Assembly: GCA_000002445.1 (NCBI GenBank)
Contig: CP000068.1
Span: forward strand, 640,001-704,000
Direction of reading: 5' to 3'
DNA: 64,000 nt
Origin: Trypanosoma brucei
Lineage: Eukaryota
Shown here: piece after piece, positions 22,601 to 33,407 of the stretch
How the letters are laid out: each line of letters begins with the position of its first letter
Numbering within the stretch: the first letter of the stretch is position 1
The notes under the pieces: generated by a model
Database searches by the model: none
Told to the model about the DNA's origin: nothing
Seen by the model: only the letters and a program-made list of their open reading frames with translations
Made by a program: the position numbers and the translations under genes

Positions 22601-22881
22601 CCGTAAGCGAAGACGGTGGCGTTGAAGCCATCCAGAACGGAGTCCACAAGGGGCATGATAAACTGCTGAAAGACATCCTTTTGGGTAAAGGTGTTGTTGA
22701 TGACGGCGTCAAACGTCCAACGGTCGGGCTCCCCAACAACGCTCTGCACGGTGACGGTATTTTCTGTGAGGTCCAAGTCTACTGATGTTTTGTACCCCTG
22801 ACTCTTTTCCTTGTCATTGAGTGGACGGCAACGGACCAACACTTTTATATTCTCCGCTGCGCTGTTGGTTTTCTTCCCCAT
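19615..22881 (-). CDS. Kinesin with N-terminal motor domain (kinesin-2-like) and long coiled-coil stalk (1088 aa)
   Basis: IKVLVRCRPLNDKEK start of motor. P-loop FAYGQSGSGKTHTMTG. Switch I NADSSRSHSVF. Switch II LVDLAGSERQSKTG. C-terminal ~700 aa is E/K/L/Q-rich coiled coil. Confidence 0.9.
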   Translation of the reverse strand: MGKKTNSAAENIKVLVRCRPLNDKEKSQGYKTSVDLDLTENTVTVQSVVGEPDRWTFDAVINNTFTQKDVFQQFIMPLVDSVLDGFNATVFAYGQSGSGKTHTMTGKLGDEDLKGLTPRSFEHVFDRISSMKATEPNKQFSLYVSFIELYNGKVHDLLARQQVPLALKENKDKSFFVQGAHIPQVKCIDDIFHQMEEGTERRRVAATELNADSSRSHSVFTLIIECTEVSEDGDSRSVTSKLNLVDLAGSERQSKTGALGDTLKEGCNINLSLSALGTVIDTIVKGKGHVPFRSSPLTMILKDSLGGSSKTVMFANINPSEHNVSETISTLRFADRAKQIKNKPVVNLDTKDQKIVELTELVHELREKLKKYDAGGTGALEQDVDDLTEKMGEMQVSLDNAVKAREADRADFENIKAMMEQERQNLTATIAELEERIATLQSDQQLAESNINAERLQREEILRLCSHYLRTEGGEEKINNATELEAVLRGRAHERHSSEMVGVQNELQKVQMELKQSLQEREAMKKEMSEKMQESKAALKSAESKLKKYEKKLSEAKEALKNAASSAAVSSNSEDGGSAASEKEVAKLRIALESAQKELEGRGAMANVEAKLQEIQKTQDETTRAYLEQMKQAREILSTPGESDSAVVKQLRNILKEDDKTYNIAVEHMKTMQNITTDLVAVVREAQIVPMVALNGDAAASQKALKKLKAVDASEAQVYANALSSLHDNVNKAHGQRNRILEALTESSEAPVDLREELRRVVQENNELRQRSSQLTAEVENLRLQATAELRNEVAKTANSPTRRDKHSKNAGDTAATGLKRGSSLLADADDIRVELEEERERNAALAQARVSLQEEVKALRAEAAEAEKRYVELQGKMRETMSEYERRLENSQGGADEIANLTSRLKERGEQVEQMRGLLEKQKALIVRSNQKSEALQQKLRDGMAEWQEKEMQYRQKIQERDENFQRVLNQRLQESTQNHRDETEQIEAKMKKLKKKIKKMEMEVDKCKEDYDRKVCECEELRNAVEEHKVDHMRLLRRMGQTAEEAQVYEKKEQIQNALERAKEERRRKKDLFALGEVENVRRADF

Positions 22882-23433
22882 GATTATCGTCCGTAAACTA
22901 TTTCGTGGGTACCAACAGCTCAGTAGTCGCGTAATAAGAGCAAAACGTATACGAATTTACCTCTGCGCAGACAATATATATGTACTTCCCTACACACAGA
23001 AAATATGTCACTACTTTTTCCCGTATGTGAAACTACACGCTTCGTGACCTAATATATTTCGTGATTTTGCCTTACTTGTTGAAAAGCCTCTTGAGCCTCC
23101 ACTAACTCTAGAAAGGACAAAAGTGCACGTGTGCACGGTAAGTTTGTGGGTGAGAGCAAAAAATAGCGAGGCGAAGTAACACACCATGAAACGAAGATGC
23201 TAAACCACCTTGCATTAGTAACAGGAACCGAACTGTCGAATCACGTCGAACAATGCATACCGCATGCGGTCACGTTATTCGAAAGCGATTGCAAACGGAC
23301 GCCACAAGGGAAAAGGGTGAGAAATAATTGCGCTTGCCCATAAGGATGGCTAAGTTAAGGGAAGTGCCCCAGCGCTGCTTTAATAAAAATGAAAGATAGA
23401 AACAAATGCGGTAGCTTAAAAGCCACACCGTGT

Positions 23434-24831
23434 TCATTTCTTTTCTGATTCCCTCTCCAACTCCTGCACCGCAGTGAGAATGTCAACGGAGACCGAGGGC
23501 ACGACGGAAAGTACGCAATCACCCTGAAGCTGATACCCATCGAGTTCTAACACTGCTCTCACTGCATGCTCCACGGCGAGAAACGTTACCTCAAAGGTCC
23601 GCTCCCGCTTTCCCAACACACTTGTACAAGATGTGGAGGACTCCTGCTTGCTAGTCTGCTCCTTGTCCCCCTCCTCCTCCTCGTGCTGTTGCGACCTATA
23701 ACGAGCACCTCGAAGACTGGTCTCGCCACTCGCCACTGAAGTCGGTCTTAAAACGCATGAAAGTACGGGACCTACGCGAGAGAACATGTCGCGAACCTCC
23801 GAGGCACCGACGTTCACTGGGATCCCGCGAACAACCACTTTTTGACTACCGATGCGTGTCACACCCGCATTATCCTTAAAAGGAAACGCCCCCGTGTTCC
23901 GTAACAGGGCAGAAAGAGACTTCGCCGACACCGGGCTACCAGCCGATTCGTTACCGTTCACACCAGCATCTTTCACCGCCTTAGAAGCTGCACGGGAAAC
24001 AGCCGCCGACGCCACATCAACTTTCGCTGACTTAAGATGGGGTTGAACAACGTTTGTAACCAGTTTCTCTGCCGTCAGCTGTTCCATGCGCGCCTGCAGA
24101 GCCTCCAGACGGGTGCTTAGTACTGAGACTCGCCTCCCGATATCCGAAATAACGGTTGATGGCGGATGCGAAGGACTCGACGAGGATATGGTTACATGCA
24201 GCGGAGTCAACGACCCCGCATGCACATCAGAAGCGACGCTGGGCGCCCCCGGTTGTCTCTCCCCCACGCTTAAATTTACCCCTCCGCTCTCCGTTGTATG
24301 GTCCTCATCGGCGCTTAAAGAGTTGGAAGATCCGTTGCCGTTTTCAGATATCGACGGCGAAAGGGCTTTCAGTACAAGTTTTTCCATTTGGCGGACCAGC
24401 GCGTCCACGTTGTGGTGTTGAAGAGACACATCCGATGCTATCCGTGTTGATTCCGCTATTTGTTGTTGCGTCCGCGCTGCCTCCTCCTCCAACGCCACAA
24501 TACGGCGTTCCAGCACTGCCTGCTGCCGTTGCATAAGTGAAACCTGTGCCACTTGCTGCTGGATTGTACCTTCGATTACGGCGCTCTTCCCTGTTACTCT
24601 TTCTAACTGGTCGTTCAAGCGCGCGAGAAGCTCACCGAGTTCACCCCCATGTGGCGGCTGTTGGCTTCGTTGCTCTTGCGGGGCAGCCGACGAAGCAAGA
24701 GGCGTCGGGGGTGATGGTGTAGAAGTTGTGCTGAGATGAAGCAACCTCGTGCAGTACATCGGTGCCCTTGCCGCGGGTGTAACCAGAAAGAGACGGCGGC
24801 CCGTCCGTGAGAAAAGACAAACAAAACGCAT
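23434..24831 (-). CDS. RNA-binding protein with C-terminal RRM-like domain, possible mitochondrial presequence (465 aa)
   Basis: C-terminal KVVVRGIPVNVGASEVRDMFSRVGPV ... FEVTFLAVEHAVRAVLELDGYQLQG resembles RNP-2/RNP-1 of an RRM. N-terminus MRFVCLFSRTGRRLFL is Arg-rich and amphipathic. Start codon uncertain. Confidence 0.55.
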   Translation of the reverse strand: MRFVCLFSRTGRRLFLVTPAARAPMYCTRLLHLSTTSTPSPPTPLASSAAPQEQRSQQPPHGGELGELLARLNDQLERVTGKSAVIEGTIQQQVAQVSLMQRQQAVLERRIVALEEEAARTQQQIAESTRIASDVSLQHHNVDALVRQMEKLVLKALSPSISENGNGSSNSLSADEDHTTESGGVNLSVGERQPGAPSVASDVHAGSLTPLHVTISSSSPSHPPSTVISDIGRRVSVLSTRLEALQARMEQLTAEKLVTNVVQPHLKSAKVDVASAAVSRAASKAVKDAGVNGNESAGSPVSAKSLSALLRNTGAFPFKDNAGVTRIGSQKVVVRGIPVNVGASEVRDMFSRVGPVLSCVLRPTSVASGETSLRGARYRSQQHEEEEGDKEQTSKQESSTSCTSVLGKRERTFEVTFLAVEHAVRAVLELDGYQLQGDCVLSVVPSVSVDILTAVQELERESEKK

Positions 24832-25206
24832 GTGTATAAATATATGCTTTGTGAGGGTAGCCTCTTTACAGCAAAAACCCTTATGTAGAACCTTGTCTTA
24901 CTTCTCCGCTAAGACACACCACCCCCTCTGTCCTGCAGCGCCGTGCATTCAATAAAGGGGCGCACGCATCAAGTATATGAAGGATAAAGCGCGGAGTCAC
25001 GAAAGACACACACAATCAGGACCTGAATCATCCATGGTGTGAGGAAGCACAGGTTTTCTTTAAGCAGGTGAATTACCCCTCTGTTACTTGTGGTTCGGGT
25101 TGCTTCGCAACATTCAACAACCTTTAGCATTTGCTTTCACAACAATCCTCAGTAATTACGCAGCGAAACTAGCCCTGCTGCTGACAAAACGAACAAAGTC
25201 ATGACC

Positions 25207-25755
25207 TCAGTGGCCGCGGTGTGATTCTTCAATTCGGCGGAGCTTCCCGTTGAAGAAACGGTGACGACCAGCCCGTCCCAAGCGCACTCCGCCGCACCGC
25301 TCCAGCAATTCCTTGTCCGACATCCGCAATATATCAACTTCCTTACCTTCGTCAGAGCTACTACTGCCACTGGTGCTGCTGCAATTACTGGCGCAGTCGT
25401 CAGTGGCGCTGCTACTGTCGTCGCTGGGACCACGCGTCCTCTTCTCTCCCTTTACTTCAACGCTGGCCTGACGTGTCTTTCCTCTTTCATCATCCACATC
25501 GCATTCCTGGTCCTTCTTACTCATCTTAGTCTTCGCTTTCCGTTCGCTGGACGCGAGGCTGGAATAGACGGCGTCGAGTTCCACTTCAAAGGATGAGGTC
25601 TGTCCCATTTCAGCGGCGTGGCCAAGTCCCGTTGCCACTCCGGGATCACGGCGGTTGACCTTAATGTACGTCTTCACACCTTGTCCGTTTTTCCCAAGCC
25701 CTGAGCCCTCCTTCCAGCCTTGCCGCTCGAGCATTCGTTTGGCAATCGATGACAT
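25207..25755 (-). CDS. G-patch domain protein (182 aa)
   Basis: N-terminal AKRMLERQGWKEGSGLGKNGQGVKTYIKV matches the glycine-rich G-patch consensus. Acidic, Ser-rich tail. Confidence 0.6.
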   Translation of the reverse strand: MSSIAKRMLERQGWKEGSGLGKNGQGVKTYIKVNRRDPGVATGLGHAAEMGQTSSFEVELDAVYSSLASSERKAKTKMSKKDQECDVDDERGKTRQASVEVKGEKRTRGPSDDSSSATDDCASNCSSTSGSSSSDEGKEVDILRMSDKELLERCGGVRLGRAGRHRFFNGKLRRIEESHRGH

Positions 25756-26008
25756 TTCCCTTTTTGTAACCTTCTTCCTCCTTCACCGATCACCTCAAGT
25801 CTCCTCGAACGCCCAAAGCAATAAGTTCGCTCCCTACTGAAGCGGTGCCGCCGCACTCTCTTTCGGACCTTTGTTCAACCTACAAATTCTTCTTGACCCC
25901 GCAACAGTAGTACGAAAGAAGAAGGCAAATTTACTTGGTGGTCACAGTTTTCACGGTAGTCGTACTTCCCGCGAGTTTCGCATCTGTATGAAAAAGAGGT
26001 GATCAAAC

Positions 26009-26030
26009 ATATATATATATATATATATAT
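26009..26030. repeat. (AT)n microsatellite
   Basis: atatatatatatatatatatat. A second (AT)n lies at ~26459-26476 and a (CT)n at ~27623-27642 in the same 3-kb intergenic region. Confidence 0.85.
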
Positions 26031-28857
26031 TCAAAAAAAAAGTCTCTCCTTCGCACATTTCACGTGTAACACTTTCCTGACGTTTGGATTAGGGTTCTCT
26101 TTCATTGTTTCTTTTTTTTTTTTGCTTCTTTTGCGCATCTGCGTGGGTGCGGGCGGGTGCCAACAGTCCTTTCCTTTCATTTCACGTCCGTCCGCTCTTG
26201 TTCCTACCGTTTTTATAGTTTACTTCTTATTTCACGTGTCTGTTTCCTGCAAGTTATCCCCATGCACGCCACAAACACATACACTCTGTGGCATAGTCAA
26301 AAACCAACAAACAAAATAATAAAATGAAAATTATGATAGATGGGAAGTAGGATTAGATATATGTAACATACAGAGGCACAAACAGAAAAGATCAAATATA
26401 TATGTGTATGACCACATTTGGCAACCCCAGTCCCCGCTTCCACACAATCTTTCCCGAACATATATATATATATATGTTCTCTTTGTCAGCCCTCCTTCCC
26501 AACACCGCACACTCCTTGCTCCCTCTACTCGCTTCACCTCTTTTTCTTTATTTTCACTTTCATTTCGCTACTACCACACGTTTGTTAGTGTTCCACATAC
26601 GTAGGTAAAGACGTTCTAGTGATAGTCCACCCCTGCCTTCGTAATTTCACAACACACCCTCGACGATGATGGCAAGGAACGGTAACGGAAGAAAACAAAA
26701 GGGGGGAAGGAAAAGGGTGAAAGAAAGAAAATTAGTCCGGGAGAAGCGGTGCCACGTTGGCACTAATTACATATGCCACATCAGCAAAAACTTGGCGAAA
26801 ACAGCGACGGTGGTGGTAGTAGTATTAGTAGGGTCTTACCGAACAAAACGAATGGATGGAGATATATATGGATATACATATCGGTAAATAGATACACAAA
26901 AAAGGACACAGGTTAAAAAAAAAAGCAACTTGACGGGAAGCAGCTAGAAAGGAAGGGAAAGTAAAAAGCAATCGGAAAAAAAAAACGACAACAGCAATAA
27001 CAATAATAGCACCAGGGCCCACTACCCTCACAATATTCAAACTCACCTTTAGGCGCCCTTACGCCTCGCATCATTGTTTTCCTACTTCCCCTTAAGGTAT
27101 TTTCTCTCCATCACCGCAGAATTACGTGGGGTTCCCTTTCGAGTTGCATTCATTTGCCCACCCACGTTTTGGCCACATCTCCCACTCCTCTTATTTCCTT
27201 TTTTCCCCTGGCGTTGCTCTCTCACTTTTCATTTCTTTTTGTCCAGTAAAACGAGTGCACATAACAAAAATGAGCGACAAGTAAAGGAGAGGATGGGATA
27301 TGGGATAAAATATACAGAGGGACGTGGTATGTGGGTGCATGCAAATGCTCCATATCCGCGCATGCGGTGTGGACAAGTAGGAAGGCAACTAAGCATGCAG
27401 AAGAGTACAAGGAAATATATACATACCTTCCCCTTTACTGCACTGCACTATCGCTTCACGCCTTACATGCACACACCCAGAAAGCTTAGACCTCTAGCGG
27501 AGATGAAGAAGGGAAGTGAACTTAACGGGTAAAACAGGACAAAACAATACAAAAAAAAACAGGAACATCTTCTAGTCCATGCATTTAATGTGCAATCAAA
27601 AAAAACATCCACGAACGCCTTTGCGTCTCTCTCTCTCTCTCCTCCTTGCAACCACTTTGTACATCCTCTACACATTACTGCCCGCTTATAGGCCCTCATA
27701 AACACGTGGTGTGGAAGGCGTGTCTACACGGACGCACGCAGCTGTCGGAGAGTAGGAAGACCCGAAGAAAGAAAAAAAAGTACGTGAGAGAGTGAGGGAA
27801 AGCACCGTCAGTTGAAAGTGAGAAAGTAATAATGATAGTGGTTGTGGAACAAAAGGGAGAAACTGCACTAACCACATGGGTAAGAAGAATGAAAACAGTG
27901 CGTCGGCAAGCCAGGTGCAGTTGTTCAACACATCGCTTCCCGTGGAGCGGGGTACCCGTGGTGAGGGAAAGAAAAAAAAACGCAAACGGATGTTCAGAAA
28001 GTTAGGCACGGGCGATCTCAAAAAGAAATTTCGTTTCAACGAGAAATGAGTCGAACAAAACGAAAGGCCGAAAAAGATAGCAGAATAAAAGGGGTACAAA
28101 AAAGCAAGGGACTTTCATTCACATTCCGTTCTATTGATGTTATGGATGGAGACCCTCATCTGAAGGCAAAGTGGGAGTGGCGAGTGTCGTGCCAACCGCC
28201 GTCAATCGGATACCATAACATCCCGTATGCAAAGGGTAGCGGTTACCCGTTAATACTTACATACTCTTCCTTCACACATATTTGCTCGTTAGTCCCTTTT
28301 CATCACTTTCCTTCCTTTTGTTTTCAGGCACGTACTATAAACGACAACAGTACCAGCTACTTTTCCGTCACTTTCTAGTGCGCAATCTCATCCGCTTCCA
28401 TTATTTCCCCCCTCCCCCAAGTTCTACCCCAGTTTCCCTTAGCGACGCCTGCTCACCGTCTACCTCTTCTCTTCCAATCATGTATCGCTCGCCTCCTTTT
28501 GCTCCCAGTTTTTCCTTTTCAACTCGCCCCCACCTTTCCTTCCTAACTTATACCAACAACAATACGCATAACCACCGCTACACACTACTTGCTAATGATG
28601 CTGCTACCACTGCTCTTTGCTGTCGGCCGCACGTAGAAAAGCTTAAGGCGCCAAAGCGCTGCAGCCCAAGGGCACTCGCCCAGATCTCATTCGACCGGCC
28701 TTCCCCGTTTTGTGTACATGCATTCTCTACAAATCGGCGTTCTCCATTACATCAAGCCCTTGTTTTGACGTTGTTGTCTTCTCTTCCCCACATGCAAATA
28801 CTCCCGCCACCCGAAAAAAACTCACACACACAAACAGGTTCTGCGACCCATGCCCCC

Positions 28858-29913
28858 CTACTTCATCATGGTATTTGTTCCAGCGGTAGTGCGGGATATC
28901 AAGCTGCTCACCTCGCCAGTGTCACCGGCGGAGCACTCCGAAAAAGCAGAGCTGGCGGAGCGCAGCACCTTTTTAGTACTTGTTGTCACTTGGCGCCGAT
29001 CTATGGGATCACGTGCGGAGTTGCGCGGGTGCTGCGGCTGTGGCCGCAGCACCCCTGTACCGGAAAGTCGCTTGTTCAGAGAAGTAGCAGTAAGAACCGC
29101 ACTATTCACTGCTTGTGATGTACTGGACCCCTCCATAACAGAGGTTGTGGGGCGTCCATTGTTGGCACCGCTGCCGTTGCCATTGCTGTTTACCCCAGCG
29201 CTTGCAACCGTGGGCGGTGTGCTGCGCCATAAGTGCGGCTGCTGCACCTGTCCCTGCCCCTGCGCTTGCGTTTGCATCCCGTTCCCCGTGGAAAATGCCG
29301 TTGCGCGCGGACTAATGTTCACAGCGCCGCCGCAACCTCTACCTGCATATGGGTGGTGCGGTCTCGGGATGTCAGTGCCCGGCGCTGGCCCCTCACGACC
29401 GTTCCTCAAGGAGAGCACTACTTCTTTATCGATTGTCAAGCGGCCGTCTCCCCCACTTGGCATGCCACCGTGAGGCTGCATGTTGGTGCGGTGTAACTCC
29501 TCAACGAACTGCAGTATCAGCTGCCGCTCGTACTCCTCACTGAGTTTCTCCGGTTGCTGCTCCACGTGATCGGATATATAGCGAAGAATAACTCGTGCCA
29601 CGTCCCTTGTCATACAGCGTGCCGTCTGCGGGTTACTCATCGTGGCCGAAAGGCAGCTGGAGGCGGTAGCCACAGACGAGAAGATCTCAGCGGAAGGTAC
29701 TACAGTTGGAGAAGGGGGTAACGCCTGGGCACCAGGAAAAGCAACGCCGAAGGGATTAGGAACGTTTGCGCAGTCCTTAAGCAACTGCAGGTCGAACATA
29801 TCGAGTCCATCTGAGACCCTCTCTTCCGTTGCTACCACTGGTGCTGGGCTCTGCCGCGATAAAGGTGTCTGCCGCGTACTGCCGTGTTGAGGTGGGGGTG
29901 CCTGATTCTCCAT
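28858..29913 (-). CDS. Hypothetical low-complexity (Q/G/S/T-rich) protein (351 aa)
   Basis: ORF in cluster orientation, but competing ORFs lie on the plus strand (28282..29118, 28850..29473). The minus strand is preferred only because of transcription-unit polarity. Confidence 0.35.
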   Translation of the reverse strand: MENQAPPPQHGSTRQTPLSRQSPAPVVATEERVSDGLDMFDLQLLKDCANVPNPFGVAFPGAQALPPSPTVVPSAEIFSSVATASSCLSATMSNPQTARCMTRDVARVILRYISDHVEQQPEKLSEEYERQLILQFVEELHRTNMQPHGGMPSGGDGRLTIDKEVVLSLRNGREGPAPGTDIPRPHHPYAGRGCGGAVNISPRATAFSTGNGMQTQAQGQGQVQQPHLWRSTPPTVASAGVNSNGNGSGANNGRPTTSVMEGSSTSQAVNSAVLTATSLNKRLSGTGVLRPQPQHPRNSARDPIDRRQVTTSTKKVLRSASSAFSECSAGDTGEVSSLISRTTAGTNTMMK

Positions 29914-31841
29914 CGTTTACCCACGCTAAATCGACCAGCAAGAACAAAAAATCTGTTTCCTCACGGCCTCGTCCACCCCGAAAACAGAAAATTAAAAATA
30001 AAACACAAGCACACAAAGCGACAAAAACCCGGCTTTACTCCTCAACAACCTTTGAAAACAAGCCAAAGAGCGTCCTAGTACCAAAAAAAGATAATGATCA
30101 CAAATTCACAAGAAAATATGCAAACTCTCTGCTCTCACCTTTTTATCCTCAATATTTCTTTTTGTTACCCCCTTCCGGTTCGGACAGAGTTGTCACCACA
30201 CGCGAGAGCTTGACAAAGTCCTCTTCTCTTCGCTACCCCACCAACTAGGGATAATGAAGCGGCACAAGCGATCGCGCAAGTGGAGGATCGCTCTGTACAA
30301 GAGCCAGAATGATGCAACAAAAAAAGAGGAAAAGTTCCTGTGGTCCTACAGGAGAAAGCGAAACAGCCGATCAAACAACCTACGGATAACGAAAGAATTC
30401 AGTGTACCGATTCTCAGGGCGCGAGCCGTCCTGGTACTGTCGCTTTCTACCACTATACCCCAATATCCTTCCTCTATTTCTCTCTCTGCAGAAACCAAAA
30501 GACACGTACAGATCCAAAGAAAAAAAAGGCGCGAACAAACCGACCTTCTTAATCCAATGTTAGCTTGCGTCACAGGTTTTTTTGTGATCCTTCCCTCCTC
30601 GTACCTTTTGCTTCCTTCCCTTCCCCTATTTGCACCTTCCCGACCTTTGCTTTGCTGCCAAGCACTCCTTCTTTCCTGATCTTCAACAAAAGGCGCTCGC
30701 ACCCACTGCAAAAGGAAATGGAGATATAAATGGACAAGCGAAAATACACCACGCGCCCCTCGTGCTTGTACTTTACTATGGTTGTACGGCCGTGACGGTC
30801 CGCCAGTCAGGAAGACCACCAATAGGACGGTAGAGGGGACAAGGAAAAAGTAGAAAGATATTTTATTCCCTTTGGGCAGCCGGGAAGGAGGAGGATTGCG
30901 AATGAGAGGGCGAGGAGAGATAATAAAAAAAGTGTATATGGAGGTTGCGAAGCTGCCTCAACAAAGTCAAAAGAATACTAGCACAGAAAAATGCCAATGT
31001 GGGTCCTCCTCTTCACTTCCCTCCTCTTTTCTATTTTTTCTTCTTCCCTGGTTTATCGACCTTTGTTGACTCGCCCCCGTTCCTCTTCTTTTATTCCTCC
31101 CTGTCGCCAGTCCGCTTCTTAAGTTAAACAAAAAAAATAGAACTGAACTTCTGGTACGAAAAAAAAAAAGGCTGAGGAAAGGAAAAACCAAACCAAACTA
31201 AACAGGGGGGTCTTTCGTTCTGTGTTGCCTTGTTCGGTTCTCGACACAAAAAGAAAGAGGACAAGCGATGCTTCAGTTGTTTTTTTTTTTCGTTTTTAGT
31301 TATTAATCTTTTCTCTAATCCTTTCCTTTCCTTCACTTCCTTCCCTACCAGTGCACCCCTGCTACACACAGAATGCTCTATAAGCTGGGGTTTAACTGGC
31401 AGACTAAAAAGGGCGCCAGAAAGCACAAAATAAGCTTGAGAGAAAGCAAAGAAAAGAGAAGAGAAAACCAACATAGAATGGTGCAGAGGTGAAAAGCAAG
31501 CTGAGATGTGGCCAGAAGGAAATCAACGTATATATATATGTATGAGGTACAGCTGTGGGATGAGATTTCTCGCTTTCTTCCCAATATATGCGACAATGAA
31601 AAGGGGACACATAAGGGGACCAAATACAAACCAGTCCAACACCTTCCAATATGGGCACAAACTACTGGTCTTTGCAGAACCTCGGGAGGGGGGGAAACAC
31701 ATGACGTTGTCACGGGAACTCGTGCGCTTCACTAGGAAGAATAAATAGCGCTAGCGCCAAAGAACCGGCCTTATCAAGGCAACTTGTTGCACCCCAACCT
31801 CTTTCTCAAATCCGCCCTCACCTCCCCCCCCTTACTTTTCA

Positions 31842-33407
31842 TCACACATCCCCTACGGCATCCTCCACCCACGGCAAATCGTTCCCAGCGTCAACACCAT
31901 CTTCAGTGCGAGCGCCGTTCCAATCAGCCGGCCTCGTTGCTACCGATGAGCAGTTGGCATCCGGCGCTCCCGCCTTATCGTCCAGTTTCGCATGCCCACT
32001 GCCCGTCACCGGACGATGATGTCCAGAACCCCCCCCTGCTACGACCGCAATTGTTGACTGTGGTTGGGCCTGCTGGATTGGAGAGGGTGGGAGTCCTAGC
32101 GATTGCAGTAACTGTTTTGTGCTATGGGCTGGTATCGAGACTTCGGTACTTATCGGCTCCTCCTCGGAACTTTGTAGGAAGTTGCACGTTTCAGACGACC
32201 AACTATCGTCGTTTGCTGATAAGTAGTTGTGTGATTCCCTCAACACCCTCAACCACAGAGGATGGTGAACAACTCGATCCACATCACTTTTCCGCCCCAC
32301 AGCACCGCGTTCCCCTGGAACATCAATAAAGTCGATAAACCCCTTACCCTTAGCAGGTTTGTCCAGTGCGAGAAATTTCGTTTTCTGCTGGGTCGCCACC
32401 GGGGAAGTGGTACCTGCAGTGGTGCATTTGCCGCTCGTGTTCTCATGTGGGACGGTAGCCTCAAATCGGCAGTGTAAATGGGCAGCTATCCAGTACCGCG
32501 GTTTTATATCCTGCAGCAGCTTCACAGTGTGCGGATTGCCCAGGACACCGTGTCGTATATCTTCCCTGAAGTACGGCTTATATCGGAGTAATTGTTCTTC
32601 ATCACCGTATTTTGTTACACCAGTAGGCCAGTCGTGGGAAACAAATATGTCAACAGGAGGGAGGGTAATATGGGAGTTGGTAGTGTCATTTCCCCCATCC
32701 TGAGATACTTTCTGTGCCGGATTCGCGATGTTCGCAGCTGTAGCCAACGGTGATACTGACTGTGCACCCCATTTCCGGCCCCACTGCTGCATGTGCCGAA
32801 GGGCACGCACAAAAGCCCTTAATTTTTCTACCTCAATGCGGCGCACGTGGTAGGCGGAGCGCTTTGAGGCCTCAGAGACATGAAACGGCCGGTTGGGATA
32901 AGGCCGCACGTAGTCATGGGCCTTGAAAATCCCACTTATGCCTGCAACCGTAATGCAACCATCAACAACAACAACTCCTGAGTGACCTAAATAATAAATG
33001 TTGGGTGCGAGGAAGCCACCGTACGACTCTTCGGCGAGCCAATCGGAGCACTCGTGGTTTCCGCCAACGAACAATGTAAGGTACGGTGCCCGCTTTTCGC
33101 CCTGATAGTACTTTACAAAGTCGCCGAGAGAGCGATACTTCTCCGGCACAGCCATACACTTCAAGTCCTCCTCTCTGCGGAGGGCTTGGAAATCGCCAGC
33201 ACAGATGACAAAATCAATCTTTTTCCCCGATGAAACCTCGTGGTCGGAGCACGCTAGATATATTTTATCGAGTTCTCCGTGGCAACACCCCACCACGGCC
33301 ACGTGCAAATTAGCAAATGTCTCGGTTGCTCCACCACTGCTTGAGGGAGCCGTCCTCTCGGTTACGCCCCCCTTTACATTAAAAAAGTGATGCACCAGAC
33401 TCGACAT
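31842..33407 (-). CDS. DBR1: Lariat debranching enzyme DBR1 (metallophosphoesterase)
   Basis: HVAVVGCCHGELDKIY, FVICAGDFQALRREEDLKCMAVPEKYR, GGNHECS, APNIYYLGHSGVV, ISGIFKAHDY, SAYHVRRIEVEKL and FVSHDWP align colinearly with human DBR1 (VAVAGCCHGELDKIY.../GGNHEAS/ISGIFKSHDY). The ORF extends to 33707. The start is placed at internal Met MSSLVHH (ATG at 33405-33407) because the upstream 100 codons are hydrophobic and unlike DBR1. Confidence 0.85.
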   Translation of the reverse strand: MSSLVHHFFNVKGGVTERTAPSSSGGATETFANLHVAVVGCCHGELDKIYLACSDHEVSSGKKIDFVICAGDFQALRREEDLKCMAVPEKYRSLGDFVKYYQGEKRAPYLTLFVGGNHECSDWLAEESYGGFLAPNIYYLGHSGVVVVDGCITVAGISGIFKAHDYVRPYPNRPFHVSEASKRSAYHVRRIEVEKLRAFVRALRHMQQWGRKWGAQSVSPLATAANIANPAQKVSQDGGNDTTNSHITLPPVDIFVSHDWPTGVTKYGDEEQLLRYKPYFREDIRHGVLGNPHTVKLLQDIKPRYWIAAHLHCRFEATVPHENTSGKCTTAGTTSPVATQQKTKFLALDKPAKGKGFIDFIDVPGERGAVGRKSDVDRVVHHPLWLRVLRESHNYLSANDDSWSSETCNFLQSSEEEPISTEVSIPAHSTKQLLQSLGLPPSPIQQAQPQSTIAVVAGGGSGHHRPVTGSGHAKLDDKAGAPDANCSSVATRPADWNGARTEDGVDAGNDLPWVEDAVGDV

